Assembly (NCBI GenBank): GCA_964016885.1
Contig: OZ024745.1
Location: 78,988,001 to 79,052,000, forward strand
Origin: Eledone cirrhosa
Lineage: Eukaryota
Length of the DNA: 64,000 nt
Direction of reading: 5' to 3'
Made by a program: the position numbers and the translations under genes. Below, in pieces: positions 36,700 through 49,607 of the stretch (its first letter is position 1; the number at the start of each line of letters is the position of its first letter). The notes below the pieces were generated by a model, which saw nothing but the letters and a program-made list of their open reading frames with translations, made no database searches and was not told where the DNA came from.

Positions 36700-39600
36700 C
36701 ATGTGGTAAAATGGGGGTGGGCAGTAGGAATGCTCCTCGCTGAGAGATGGGAAATTGAGGTAGTCAGAGTGAGTGATAGAATAAATTAAACTTAGACTAC
36801 CGTTGGGCAATACTATGTCCCACAAGCTGGGCTTGCCAGTGAACAAAATGACCATTTCTATGAGGCCCTCCTACAGACTAATGTAATGACAGATGACAGA
36901 GATCTTATGATCGCAGCTGGTGACTTCAATGGACATGTTGGGAAACATGACGGATTCCCAGGCATACACGGAGACTACGGGTATGGCATAAGAAACTAGG
37001 AGGGAACTAGACTTCTGGAGTTCTGTGATGCTCTTGGCTTAATGATCTGTAACACAAACTTTAAAAAAACAGCCAACCACCAGTTTACCTACCAATTACG
37101 GGTACACACAATCCAAATAGACTTCATCCTCACCAGGAAACGAGACAAGCAAATGGTTGTAAATACCAAGTCCTTACCTGGGGAAGAATGTACCTCCCAG
37201 CATAAATTAATTGTCAGTGACCTTAGAGTAAGGGCTAGGTAAACCAAGAGACAAAAGCCAATCTGGAGAAGGAAGACTTGGAAGCTGAGAGAACACTGTA
37301 GGTAACAAATTTAGAGAAATCCTTCTTGGTGCCTATGACAGTAAGGAAGAGGAGTTAAAGACATACAGGACAACCTGCTGGAAGCCACAAGCCAGATCTA
37401 TATCTGGAGCAAGGTCCCGCCAAGATGGAGGGTGACAAGGTAGTGGAATGACAAGGCAGAAAGAACTATTAAAATAAAAGAAAATGGAGGAACAGAAGAG
37501 ACAGAATACAATACCAGATAGCAAGAATGGCAGCTAAATGCAAGTATGTCTAGTGAGAGGAGAGGTAGAAAAGAAGATGATTGCACATGTTCTGCACCAT
37601 GAAGATCAGAAGCATGAGGTGTTCAGGATTGCAAGACAGTATGCTAGAGAAAATCATGATGTGTTCGGAGAAAAGTGTGTCCCAAATAGCAGTGAAGCAC
37701 TTGCCCTGCCTGATGCCGAAAAGAAGGAGGCATGGAAGACATGCTATGAGAAACTGCTGAACAAGAAAAATGAATGGGACAGCGAGGGCCTATCCCATGC
37801 ACACCCTACTGAGGGACCAGCCAAAATAGGGACAGAATCGAGTTAGATGAGATGCAGTTCAGATTTATGCCAGGTAGGAGTACAACTGATGCCCTTTTTC
37901 TGGTCAGACAACTACAGGAGAGGTACTTAGCTAAGAGTAAGCCACTGTATCTAGCATTTTCTGATCTGGAGAAGCCCTTTGACAGGTTCCACAGTCCATA
38001 ATCTGGTAGGCACTTAGGAAGCTAGGTGTAGATGAATGGCCTGTGAGGGCGATGCAGGCCATGTATAGAGGAGCAACCAGCCGAGAAAGAGTTGGCAATG
38101 AGTACAGTGATGAATTTGAAGTGCAGGTGGGGGTCAACCAAGAATAGTCCTCAGTCCACTCTTGTTTATCATTGTACTTCAGGCCATCACTGAGGAGTTT
38201 AAAACTGGCATTCCATGGGAGCTCCTATATGCTGACAACCTAGTCCTCATAGCTGAATCCATAAGAGAGTTAGAAGCAAAATTTCAAGTATGGAAGAAGA
38301 ACCTAAAGCTGAGGCGCCTAAAAGTAAATTTAACAAAGACGAAAGTTTTAATAAGTAGAAAAGAAGACAGGAACGTGACACCATCAGGAAAGTAGCCTTG
38401 TTCGATATGTTAGGAATTCCATAAGGTGTACACAATGTAAATTATGGACGCACAAGAGATGTAGTGGGATTGCAGGAAGGCTATCGGAAAAGATAGATGT
38501 TATAAGCAGCAGATGCACAGGTAGTGTAAGCACAAAGAACATGTTAAATAGATTACCTCAGCTGCCAGAGGGGCTCGATAGAAGCTATTGACAGCTTTTG
38601 CTACCTAGACGATCAAATTAGCATTGGGGGAGGATGTGCTGAAAGTGTGATAGCTAGGATAAGAACAGGCTTTAGAGATCTATTACCGCTGCTAACAACA
38701 AAATGCTTTTCTCTTAGAGCAAAAGGTGAACTGTATGATGCCTGTGTGTGAACTGCAATGTTACACAGACCTGCCAACCTCTAAAAACCCAAACAGGGAG
38801 TACCATGAAAAGAAGTGCCCCAGTGCCCCAAAGCGGGGAGAAAAGAGACAAAATGGAGAGATTTTACATAATTGTTTCTACTTTTGGCACAAGGCCAGCA
38901 ATTACCCAGTGTATTACTGGTACTTTATTTTATCGACCCCATAAGGATGAAAGGCAAAGTTAACCTCGGCGGGATTTGAACTCAGAATGGCAAGGGCCGT
39001 AACTATGCGTCGAAGCATGGCGTCCGACCCTCTACCGATACTGCCAATCCACTGCCCGGAGAGATTTTACATAATGAAAACTATAACCATTTTCACAAGA
39101 GAAGACATCTCTCACCTGCCCCTAAGTGGGTACGAGATCTCTCCGTCGGACAGGGAGAGTTGACAGGTCTAGTTACATGGCAGCGAAAATGAGCCTTGAC
39201 TGCAGAAGACCTGAGGAGGCTAGAAAGAATTGAGTATGTTCCATAATGTGCATGAGCAACATAGCATAAGCAAACAGGGAAAAACTTGGCATAAGTGGAA
39301 CTAGATATAGTATGCAAGAGAGGAGAATACATTGGTATGAACATGTGATGTGCATGGAAGATAACAGCTGCATAAAGAAATGTAGACAAACTCCAGTTGC
39401 TGGGGCCAATGGAAGATGTAGACACAGGAAGACATGGGATGAGGTTGTGAAAACCAACCTTAAAAAACTAAACCTCATAACAGAAATGACTAACGACGTG
39501 ACGGTTGGTGCTATGCAGTGCTGAGGAAGACCTGACATGCAGCATACAATGAGACCTGACCTACCCCCAGCAGTTATCCTCAACATCACTACTTCAAAAC
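36700..39600 (+). mobile_element. Old, near-complete but heavily decayed RTE LINE with deletions and insertions
   Basis: GDFNGHVG, ICNTNF, WELLYAD, ERRIHWYEH occur collinearly. Confidence 0.85.
38873..39057 (-). mobile_element. Full-length tRNA-derived SINE (Meta-like) with 18-bp TSD
   Basis: Direct repeat ggagagattttacataat at 38855-38872 and 39058-39075; A/B-box-like head. Confidence 0.88.
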
Positions 39601-39767
39601 CCCCACCATGTATGTCCTGCCCCTCCCCCCATCCAAGTTGTTCAACCTGTACCGATGAAAATGAACCAAGAAAATCAAAAAAATAACTAACTTTGGCAGC
39701 CAGTACAAAATACCACCATTACTTTAGTTTCAAGTGTTAGAGAATGTCCTATTTGAATGGTTAAGTA

Positions 39768-39872
39768 ATAGTAGTAGTAGTAGTAGTAGTAGTAGTAGCA
39801 GCAGCAGCAGCAGCAGCAGCAGCTGCAGCAGAGGCAGTAATAATAATATTAGTGGTCGCAGTAGTAGTAGTA
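39768..39872. repeat. (AGT)n/(AGC)n trinucleotide tract
   Basis: Direct inspection. Confidence 0.9.
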
Positions 39873-40131
39873 ATTGCAATTATGACCTCAGTAGTTATTC
39901 ATGTACTCTATTATAAATCCACTCATAACAAAAATAAGTAAGGATATAACTAAAGATGAAAATGTAGATACATATATGTATGTGTGTGACAAATAATAAG
40001 GAATAAAGTCGATATGTAGTATCTATAGGTGTTACGTTTGCTTAGAACTTATAGGGGTGAGGATGTTATCAATAACAATATATATACATTAGGATCCTCA
40101 ATCTGCACAGTGTGGACATTCTGATACTCTA

Positions 40132-40690
40132 TGGTTAGATGGTAGCCACGGAGTAGGCAGACCCAGAAAAACCTGGGACGAGCTGATAAATTCCGACCTC
40201 ACACACTTACACCTCTCCAAGACAATGTCACTGGACCGAGACCTTTGGCGGTACTCAGTAACAGAGAAGACCCGCGTTACCTAAATACAAAGTAAAACCT
40301 ACTACAGTCAGTAGGCATCTCTAACAAAATACACCCCCGTCCCACCACCCCCACCCCATCCACACCGCCCCTTTCAATGTAAAGTTATGTTGGTGCCACA
40401 AAATCCAGGCCAAAACAAATGAGATCGTGTAGGTGTCACGAAAAAAAAACAAAAAAAAAAACACAGTTCACGCTGTAAATGTGACCGTGTAGGCAACACG
40501 GTAAAAACGTCCCAGTCCCACACTGTAAATGTGGTTGGTGTTAGGAAGGGCATCCAGCTGTAGAAAACCCACCAGACAGTCCTATGCGAGCAAGACAACC
40601 ACTCTTGCCTCAAGTGGGAAAACTCCCGTCCAAACCCATGCAAGCATGGAACACGGACGTTAAACGATGATGATGATGATGATGATGATA
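40132..40690 (+). mobile_element. RTE 3' end with UTR and (GAT)n tail
   Basis: DGSHGVGRPRKTWDEL...; reverse complement of the 48731-49270 type copies. Confidence 0.9.
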
Positions 40691-40815
40691 TTAAAGATGT
40701 GATATGTATGAGAAGATTCGATTAACACGGTTTGATAAACATAGCCAGTTGTTATCCTATCGTTAGTAGACTCTGTATAGTAACTGTTGTTAAGTAGGTG
40801 TTATTATTAGCAATT

Positions 40816-41056
40816 GGTGGTGAATTAGCAGTATCAGTAGAGTATCGGACGTTGTGTGACATAGAGTTACGTCCCTTTGGGTTCTGCGTTCAAATCTCAC
40901 TGAGATTGGCTTTGGCTTTCATCTTTACAGGGTCAATAAAATAAAGTACAAATCCAGGGTCAATAAAATAAAGTACAAATCCCGTACTGGGGTCGATTTA
41001 ATCGACTTACCCCCCAAAAAATTGCTGGCCTTGTATCTAAAGTAGAAACAATTATT
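40816..41056 (+). mobile_element. tRNA-derived SINE (Meta-like) with small internal duplication
   Basis: gttcaaatc B-box, ctttcatctttacagggtcaataaaataaagtac (duplicated), 3' aagtagaaacaatt. Confidence 0.8.
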
Positions 41057-41676
41057 AACAATTTATGATTGTTATTCAATTTCTAGTGTATATGCTAGTG
41101 TAGGTTAGGTTGTGTATATTAAAGTCTATTATGATATGGTATATATTCATTTATATCTGAATGATTAATGTGTGTGTGTGGGGAGGGGGGGGGGTTAACT
41201 CCACATGGTTTTGTTTGTTACTTACTATGGCTTCTGTGAGTTTGTAAGATATGCATGGATATTTCTAGTCCTAAATAATCATGGAAGGGGTAGGGTTATC
41301 TGTTACTCCTGCTACATAGAATTTACCTTCCATATCACTTGAGGAAAGCTCCCCTGATGTTAGGTGTAGACAGAGATTATATTCAGAGGACCCACCACGG
41401 TCAGGTGGCACCTCGAGAACCTTAGGCCATTCCAATAATGGTTCTGGCTGGCTCCCATAACCACAATTCCTTCCATCTAATCTGCTCAACCATAAACTCC
41501 TTCAAAGACATGCACTATACCTGTTGCCCATATGGCAACTTCACACTTCCTCCATTTTTACTTAGTTGACTACTGAGACTCTTCTCTCCTTCTGATGCAT
41601 GGCATAGTTTAGTCTAAATTGGGAATTTCCAAGGCCCTTTCTGTTGCTCTGTGTGGGACATACTATAATCTTCATA

Positions 41677-41958
41677 TCATATATATATATATATATATAT
41701 TCATTTATATACATATACATATATATATATATATATATACATATACATACATACATATATATATACATATACATTATTCATTTATATACATATATACATA
41801 TATATAAATATTAATTTATATATATACACATATACATACATACATATATATATACATATACATTATTCATTTATATACATATATACATATATATAAATAT
41901 TAATTTATATATATACACATATACATACATACATATATATATATATATATTCATTTAT

Positions 41959-41992
<34 letters not shown>

Positions 41993-42022
41993 ATATATAT
42001 ATAATATATATTCATTTATATA
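41677..42022. repeat. (TA)-rich satellite with TTCATTTATA motif
   Basis: Direct inspection. Confidence 0.92.
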
Positions 42023-43690
42023 TAGAGAGGAAAGAAAGTTCAAGCATGTTCTACAACATGAGGACCAAAAACGTGAGGTGTTCAGGATTGCTAGGCAATG
42101 TGTCAAGGAAAACCGTGATATTGTCGGGGAGAAGTGTGTCCTTAATGATGATGGTGTACTTGCCATCACTGACGCTGATAAGAAGGAAGCTTGGAAGTGT
42201 CACTACGAAAGGCTACTAAATGAGGAGAATAAATGGGAGAAAGACAGTCTCCCCCACATCGATCCAATAGAGGGACCAGCAGTGCAAGTTGAAGGTAGTA
42301 TAAGTAAGGCAATCAAAGATATGAAGACGGGCAAGGCGGCTGGGCCTTCGGAAATAGTTACTGAAATGCTGAAAACATCTGGAACGGTGGGACACACTAT
42401 GGTCACCCGGATAGTAAACCAAGTCATACAGAATGGAGTCGTACCAAAGGACTGGCGTAGCAGCATCATCATTAACTGCTACAAGGGTAAAGGAGATGCC
42501 CTAGATAAACTATAGAGGCATTAAATTAATTGACCAGGTCATGAAGGTCACAGGAGAAGTACCTAGCTAAAAGTAAACCCCTATACTTAGCTTTCGTTGA
42601 CTTGGAGAAAGCCTTTGACAGAGTCCCACGCCCCATTATCTGGTGGGCTCTCATAAAACTAGGTGTTGATGAATGGCTTGTGAGAGCTATACAAGCCATG
42701 TATAAAGAAACGGTCAGCAAGGTTAGAAGCTTCCTGAGATCCCGCTACATCTCTTGTGTACCCATTGTTTGCATTTGGGGCAGAGAATGGAGTTCCTACC
42801 TACATCTTTCCAACATACTGAGCAAGGCCATTTCCTAGAGGGGATCTGGGTTCTGTTTTCTCATCTACTTACAAGGACCTTACTCTTTGTCAGGTTGACT
42901 TTGAGACCCTTTCTTTCTAGTCCCTGCTTCCATGTTTGGAATTTCTTCTCTAGTTCTACCATAGATTCAGCTATAAGTGCGAGGTCATCTGCATACAGGA
43001 GTTCCCATGGGCATCCGGTCTTAAACTCCTCTGTTATTGCCTGCAAAACTATGATGAACAGGAGAGGGCTAAGAACAGAGCCCTGGTGAACACCGACATG
43101 TATGCTAAATTCCTCGCTCTAGTCATTGCTAATCCTAACTTTGCTGACTGCTCCCCTATACATGGCTTGTACAGTTTTCACAAGCCATTCATCTACTCCT
43201 AGCTTTCTAAGAGCCCACCAGATTATAGCACGGGGTACTCTGTCAAAGGCTTTCTCCAGATCAACGAATGCCAGGTAGAGCGGCTTACTTTTAGCTAGGT
43301 ACTTTTCCTGTAACTGTCTCACCAGGAAGAGGGCATCAGTGGTGCTTTTCCTGGCACAAACCCAAATTGCATCTCATCTAGTCCCTAATCAACTGTGTTA
43401 TAACTCTCTCTGTTACTTTCATGACTTGGTCCATCAGCTTTATACCTCTATAGTTTCCTCTATCTAGTACATCACCTTTACCCTTGTAGCAGTTGACAAT
43501 GATGCTACTGCACCAACCCTTTGGTATGACACCTAGTATTACCTGGTTAACAATATGTGTGGTTATGGTGTTACCTACTGACCAAGATGCCTTCAGCATC
43601 TCGGCAGCTATACCTGATGGACTGGTTGCCTTCCCCGTCTTCATATGTTTGATTGCCTTACTTACTACGCTGCTGCTGGCCCCTCTATAG
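42023..43690. mobile_element. Two opposed RTE RT fragments (+ 42023-42725; - 42726-43690)
   Basis: ORFs 42078-42515(+), 42602(+), 42861-43046(-), 43119-43322(-), 43378-43680(-). Confidence 0.9.
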
Positions 43691-43795
43691 TTCCTCAGTG
43701 AAATAACAACCCAACCAGGAACTGGGCATATCAGAGTATTGACAATATTATACACCTCAACAACATATGTACTTGTCTATACCATACTAATTCAA

Positions 43796-43850
43796 ACTGC
43801 CTGAAGAGGTCACAGCCAAAGATGGCTGTCACTGAAATATATATAGCAGT
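43796..43850 (+). ncRNA. Canonical type-I hammerhead ribozyme in a short PLE pseudo-LTR-like insert
   Basis: actgc-CTGAAGA-g-gtcacagcca-aaga-tggctgtcac-t-GAAA-tatata-TA-gcagt; perfect stem I, palindromic stem III; AATAAA follows immediately. Confidence 0.85.
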
Positions 43851-43894
43851 AATAAACGAAGCTAAATTTTAATCATTTGACTTTTTATTTAACT

Positions 43895-44866
43895 TTATAT
43901 ACATATATACATATATATATTCATTTATATATATATACATATATACATATATATATTCATTTATATATATATACATATATACATATATATATTCATTTAT
44001 ATATATATACATATATACATATTCATTTATATATATATACATATATACATATATATATATTCATTTATATATATATACATATATACATATATATATATTC
44101 ATTTATATATATATACATATATACATATATATATATTCATTTATATATATATATATACATTCATTTATATATATATATACATATATACATATATATATAT
44201 TCATTTATATATATATATACATAAATATATATTCATTTATATATATATATACATATATATATATTCATTTATATATATATATACATATATACATATATAT
44301 ATATTCATTTATATATATTCATTTATATATATATATACATATATACATATATATATATTCATTTATATATATATATACATATATACATATATATATATTC
44401 ATTTATATATATATATACATATATACATATATATATATTCATTTATATATATATATACATATATATATATTCATTTATATATATATATACATATATACAT
44501 ATATATATATTCATTTATATATATACATATATATATATGTTCATTTATATATATACATATATATATATGTTCATTTATATATATATATACATATATATAT
44601 GTTCATTTATATATATATATACATATATATATATTCATTTATATATATATATACATATATACATATATATATATTCATTTATATATATATATATACATAT
44701 ATATATATTCATTTATATATATATACATATATATATATTCATTTATATATATATATACATATACATACATACATATATATATATTCATTTATATATATAT
44801 ACATATACATACATATATATATATACATATACATACATATATATATACATATACATACATATATAT
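43895..44866. repeat. About 970-bp satellite (TTCATTTATATATATATACATATA..)n
   Basis: Direct inspection. Confidence 0.97.
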
Positions 44867-45350
44867 AACTTTGAATAACTTTGAAATGTTTTGGCCAGTA
44901 TTGGCCCAGGTCATGTCTAACTTAATAGCACCACCTGGTGAAGTCTTTCAATTCAGGATTTGGGCACCATGGCCCATTCGAGAAGAGAATTACTGTTTGC
45001 GGAGACATATCCGGGTGTGGGTGGTTTGTCCGGGATTACTTGGAGGAATTTGTCCAAAGACTTCTTGAATTTTGTGTGGTCAGTTTCTGTTTTGACGTGT
45101 CCTGGTGTGATGTTGAAGAGAGCAGGGCCGATTGAGGTGAAATAATTGTGCCGTATTGTTGTTATGAGTTGCGATTTAGATTTTTGAATGGGACGGATAG
45201 CACGGGGCCCAAGCCTTGGGTGTATCTTGAAGGCGATGCCAACATCATTTGGGCAGTGATGATGGAACATTTTCCACATCATGCAGATAATATAACGCTC
45301 ACGGCGACGTTGGAGTGAGTAAAGTTTCAGGTTTTCTAGTCGACCCCTCT

Positions 45351-48143
45351 TTAGTAGTCAAGGTCTGACATGCCATCTATCTTTTTCGTGATTGCCCTTT
45401 GAGGAGCTTCAAGTTTCATGATACTTTGTTTCGTGTGGGGAGACCATAGTGGACAACAGTATTCAAGGTGTGGTCGGGCAAAAGTAGAGAAGAGAAGGAT
45501 AATGGTGTGGGAATCTCTCGACTGGAAGGTTCTGAGGATCCAGGAACACATTCTGCGGGCCATGTCAACTTTGCTGTTTATATGCGTGGCCCAGCTTATG
45601 TTGCTGTCCACAGTTACTCCCAAGTCTCTGATGTTGTTAGATGCCACGAGAGTTTCCCCGGAGGGAAGGGAGTATGGGAGTTTCAGAGCATCCTCTTTTC
45701 CAAAGTGGATCAGTTCGAATTTGTCTTCGTTCAGTAACATGTTGTTCTTTTCCGCCCATTGGGTAACAGCCAGTAGGTCTGACTGAAGGCTTATCCGGTC
45801 ATCCACGCCATTGATGACCTTTTGGAGCTTGGAATCATCAGCGAAAATTTTAATGTTGCTGTGTTTGATGATGTCAGTGATGTCATTAATATAGATGATG
45901 AAGAGAAGTGGGCCCAACACAGTGCCTTGTGGGACCCCACTACTGACTTTGGCTGGGCTGGATTTGACTCCTTCAACTACAACATGTTGGGTTCTATTTG
46001 ACAGGAAGCTCTTGATCCACTGCAGCAGCTTTCCAGTGACACCAATATTGGACAGCTTTCTCAGTAGAATGTTATGATCAACCCTGTCAAAGGCCTTGCT
46101 GAAATCAAGGTAGATAACATCAGTGTTGGAACCCTCTCCCAAGGCTCTCAAAATGTCATCAAAGTGATGCAGTAGCTGCGTCAGGCAATCCCTTCCATTA
46201 CGGAATCCATGCTGGTTGGAGTTCAGCATATTGTTACTCTCAAGGAAGTGGGTCATTCGCGATCTCACCACTCTCTCAAATACCTTAATGATATGAGAGG
46301 TGAGTGAGATTGGACGGTAATTCACGGCAAGGGATTTGTTTCCCTTTTTGAAAACTGGGACAACAGACTGGGATAGAAGGTTTTCTGGCACATATCCAGC
46401 ATCCAGTGAGTTCCGCCACAGATTGGCAAGAGGAGATGCAAGTTGGTGTTGACACGCCTTCAAGACACAAGCAGGGAACCTATCGGGACCTACTGCTGAA
46501 TTATGCTTGATTTCCTTTATTGCCGCCAAGACATCAGGGGCGCCAAACGTTATGTCCGATAAGGTGTAATGGGGAGTAACATCGCCGATACAGCCCAGAT
46601 CGGCCATATCAGGATTGCTGAAAACAGAGCAGTATTGTTTCTGCAGTATCTCACCCATGGTTTTAGCATTGTCTTGAAGAGTGCCATTTTCATCAATTAG
46701 AGGGCCAACAGTAGAGCCAGTGATTTTGTATTTTTTTGCAAATGAAAAGAACACTTTGGGATTGAGTTTGATCTTCTCAATGGCCCAGGCCTCTTCAGCT
46801 CTTCTCTGATTGTTGATGAGGGACATTATGTTGTTTTGGAGGTTATGTTTTTTAATCTCTAGTGATGAAATGGCAGTCAAGTTGATGTGTTGCTGCTGAC
46901 AGTATTTCAGCTTGTTGATTTTTTTGTTCGTTCTCTTAATTTTTCTGATGAGCGTTTTTCTATTTCTCGGGATTCTGCTCTTAGATTTGTTTATAGTTCT
47001 TAATGGGGTGTGTGTTGCACATATGTTTGTAACAGTGTCCACAAATGTCTGCCAGGACTTTTTGATGTTAGTGGGTGTATGAGTGTGCGTGAAGGACCAG
47101 TCGACATGTGCAAGATCATGACTGATCGCTTCCCAGTTTGCATTGTGGAAATCCATAGCGTCAAACGGATGGACAGGAGAGATGACATTGGGTTTGTATA
47201 TTGGACGGTGGAATCTCAGATCACAGAGAACCATGTCATGATCAGAGAGTAGAGTTTTCTCCACTGCAATATTGTGGATATTGTCAGTGTGATTGCTGAA
47301 AATTAAGTCTAGGACGTTTTTGTGGCACCTCGTTGGTTCGAGCACCAGTTGGGATAGGAAGAAATCATCCATGAAGTCAAGAAGCGATTCCACTGCTTCC
47401 CTGTCAGAGGTTGAGGCAGAAGAACCTGGTGGCAGGCTGTTTGTGGACCAGTCAACGCCGGGGAGGTTTCGAGTGGGTGGGTATGTGGGTGTGTGTGTTG
47501 TGAGAGGTGTAGATGATGGTTTGAGTAGGATTTGACGACCTTTGTGGACTGTGGGAGGGAGAGTTCTTGTTCTGATATTAGAAGGTAAATTCCTTGAAAT
47601 AGCAGTAGCCAAAGATGTTGTAGTAGTAGTAGTAGTAGTAGGCAGAGAAGATGTTGGCAGTGGTGATGATTGGACTGCTGGGCCAGAGAAAGGATGTGGC
47701 GTTTCCTGCTGTGAGACAGAGGCTACTGGGAGGTCAATAGTTTCATTTAGTAGATCGGCCATTGTTGATGAATCAAGGAGTGGTTCACACTGTTGTTGTT
47801 GTTGTCGTTGTTGTTGTTGCTGTTGTTGATGTTGTTGCTGTTGTAGCTGTTGTTGTTGTTGCCGCTGTAGCTGTTGTTGTTGCTGGACAGCATTCGAAGA
47901 AAAAACACATCGTAGTTTATCCAAATGTTTATTGATTAATTTAAAAGCAATTTCGATTTGCTTTAATTTATTTTGAATCTGTTGTTCAGATCGAGTTTTC
48001 AAAAGTTGAACTGTACGTTTAGCAATGTCGTTCAGACATGAAGCATCTATATCTTCTGTTTGGGAAAGGCAATGCCATGTGTTTATTAGAATGTCGATTT
48101 CATTATCAGACCAGTTCTGTTTGGATTTTTGCTGGTTAGCCAT
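45351..48143 (-). CDS. LINE-encoded fusion protein: Myb/SANT-like domain, polyQ/low-complexity linker, partial APE, complete RT
   Basis: First ATG gives MANQQKSKQNWSDNEIDILINTW...RSEQQIQNKL; reading frame uninterrupted to TAA at 45351. Confidence 0.75.
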   Translation of the reverse strand: MANQQKSKQNWSDNEIDILINTWHCLSQTEDIDASCLNDIAKRTVQLLKTRSEQQIQNKLKQIEIAFKLINKHLDKLRCVFSSNAVQQQQQLQRQQQQQLQQQQHQQQQQQQRQQQQQCEPLLDSSTMADLLNETIDLPVASVSQQETPHPFSGPAVQSSPLPTSSLPTTTTTTTTSLATAISRNLPSNIRTRTLPPTVHKGRQILLKPSSTPLTTHTPTYPPTRNLPGVDWSTNSLPPGSSASTSDREAVESLLDFMDDFFLSQLVLEPTRCHKNVLDLIFSNHTDNIHNIAVEKTLLSDHDMVLCDLRFHRPIYKPNVISPVHPFDAMDFHNANWEAISHDLAHVDWSFTHTHTPTNIKKSWQTFVDTVTNICATHTPLRTINKSKSRIPRNRKTLIRKIKRTNKKINKLKYCQQQHINLTAISSLEIKKHNLQNNIMSLINNQRRAEEAWAIEKIKLNPKVFFSFAKKYKITGSTVGPLIDENGTLQDNAKTMGEILQKQYCSVFSNPDMADLGCIGDVTPHYTLSDITFGAPDVLAAIKEIKHNSAVGPDRFPACVLKACQHQLASPLANLWRNSLDAGYVPENLLSQSVVPVFKKGNKSLAVNYRPISLTSHIIKVFERVVRSRMTHFLESNNMLNSNQHGFRNGRDCLTQLLHHFDDILRALGEGSNTDVIYLDFSKAFDRVDHNILLRKLSNIGVTGKLLQWIKSFLSNRTQHVVVEGVKSSPAKVSSGVPQGTVLGPLLFIIYINDITDIIKHSNIKIFADDSKLQKVINGVDDRISLQSDLLAVTQWAEKNNMLLNEDKFELIHFGKEDALKLPYSLPSGETLVASNNIRDLGVTVDSNISWATHINSKVDMARRMCSWILRTFQSRDSHTIILLFSTFARPHLEYCCPLWSPHTKQSIMKLEAPQRAITKKIDGMSDLDY

Positions 48144-48390
48144 TCTAGTTTTGAGTGTGTGTGTTTTAGTTAAGTATTTCAATATATATATATTTTTTTT
48201 ATTTATTTTTGTTTTTTGTTTTTCTTGTGTGTGAGTGAGAAGAGTATATATATAAATATGAGTATATATATATATATATATATGTATATTCTGGTTATTT
48301 GAAATTAATTAAATTAATGAAAAGACGAAAGTATATAATAATAATTTGTAGTTAAAGGAAAATGTACTCACAAGTTGGAAAACACAAGGT

Positions 48391-48490
48391 TTCAAATATA
48401 TAATAATATAGATGTATGTAAATGTATTAACCGGTCAATTTTCAAATATATAATAATATAAATGTATGTAAATGTATTAACCGGTCAATT
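48391..48490. repeat. 50-bp tandem duplication
   Basis: ttcaaatatataataatata.atgtatgtaaatgtattaaccggtcaatt x2. Confidence 0.9.
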
Positions 48491-48730
48491 TTTGTTTGTT
48501 TGGTTTTGTTTTGTTTTGTGGCTGTGTATAATATATACATATATATATACATATATATACATATATACATATACATACATATATATACATATACATACAT
48601 ATTCATTTATATATATATATACATATACATACATTATATATATATACATATATATATATTCATTTATATATATATACATATACATACATATATATATATT
48701 CATTTATATATATATATATATATACATACA

Positions 48731-49465
48731 TATCATCATCATCATCATCAACGTTTAACGTCCGTGTTCCACGCTTGCATGGGTTTGGACGGGGGTAGTC
48801 CCACTTGAGGCAAGAGTGATTGTCTTGCTCGCATAGGACTGTCTGGCAGGCTTTCTACAGTTGGATGCCCTTCCTAACACCAACCACATTTACAGTGTGG
48901 GTCTGGGAGGTTTTTACCGTGTTGCCTACACGGCCACATTACAGCGTGGACTGTGTGTTTTTTTGTCGTGACACCTACACGATCTCATTTGTTTCGGCCT
49001 ATGGCGCGGCACCAACATAACTTTACATAGAACGGGGTGGTGTGGATGGGGTGGGGGTGGTGGGACGGGGTGTATTTTGTTAGAGATGCCTATTGGTTGG
49101 AGTAGGTTTTACTATATATTTAGGTAAGGCGGGTCTTCTCTGTTACTGAGTACCGCCAAAGGTCTCGGTCCAGTGACATTGTCTTGGAGAGGTGTAAGTG
49201 TGTGATGTCGGAGTTTATCAGCTCGTCCCAGGTTTTTCTAGGTCTGCCTATTCCGTGACTACCGTCTATCTTTATTGCCCTGCACTTTGTTATACAGCTA
49301 TCGACTTTCATGCGCATCACGTGTTCATACCAACGTAGCCTTCTCTCGAGTAAACAACATCTGATCCCTCTTATCTCTAATTTTTTCCTTAGTTCGTTTA
49401 TGCTTTGCCGTTCACGTATATTACTGTTACACATCCAGCGGAGCATGCAAGCTTCGTTCCTCTCT
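48731..49465 (-). mobile_element. RTE 3' fragment, near-identical to 51412-52155
   Basis: ERNEACMLRWMC...TEKTRLT*, UTR, (GAT)n. Confidence 0.92.
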
Positions 49466-49607
49466 ATATATTCATTTATATATATATATATACATACAAA
49501 CCCGTCCAAACCCATGCAAGCGTGGAACACGGACGTTAAACGATGATGATGATGATGATGATGATATTCATTTATATATATAAATATACATACATATATA
49601 CATACAT

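Larger units (their letters stand above)
44866..48520 (-). mobile_element. CR1-group LINE with fused ORF1/ORF2 and deleted endonuclease N-half
   Basis: 943-aa ORF (45351-48182) with YRPISLTS, QHGF, YLDFSKAFD, GVPQG, FADD, RPHLEYC; the C-terminus continues after a 5-bp insertion (LYSLQRRRERY..., 44953-45345); 3' tandem TTCAAAGTTA x2. Confidence 0.92.

Noticed and set aside
39645-39690. accgatgaaaatgaaccaag, resembling the 9985 hammerhead 5' half
   Set aside because: No complementary stem II or GAAA/UH half found downstream.
41226-41270. 45-nt AG...GTAAGT-bounded segment on the minus strand as candidate GATD3A upstream exon
   Set aside because: The phase-0 reading needed to join exon 30532 contains TAG; the context (IIxTRNIH, resembling IGTWNV) looks like the decayed start of a LINE endonuclease.
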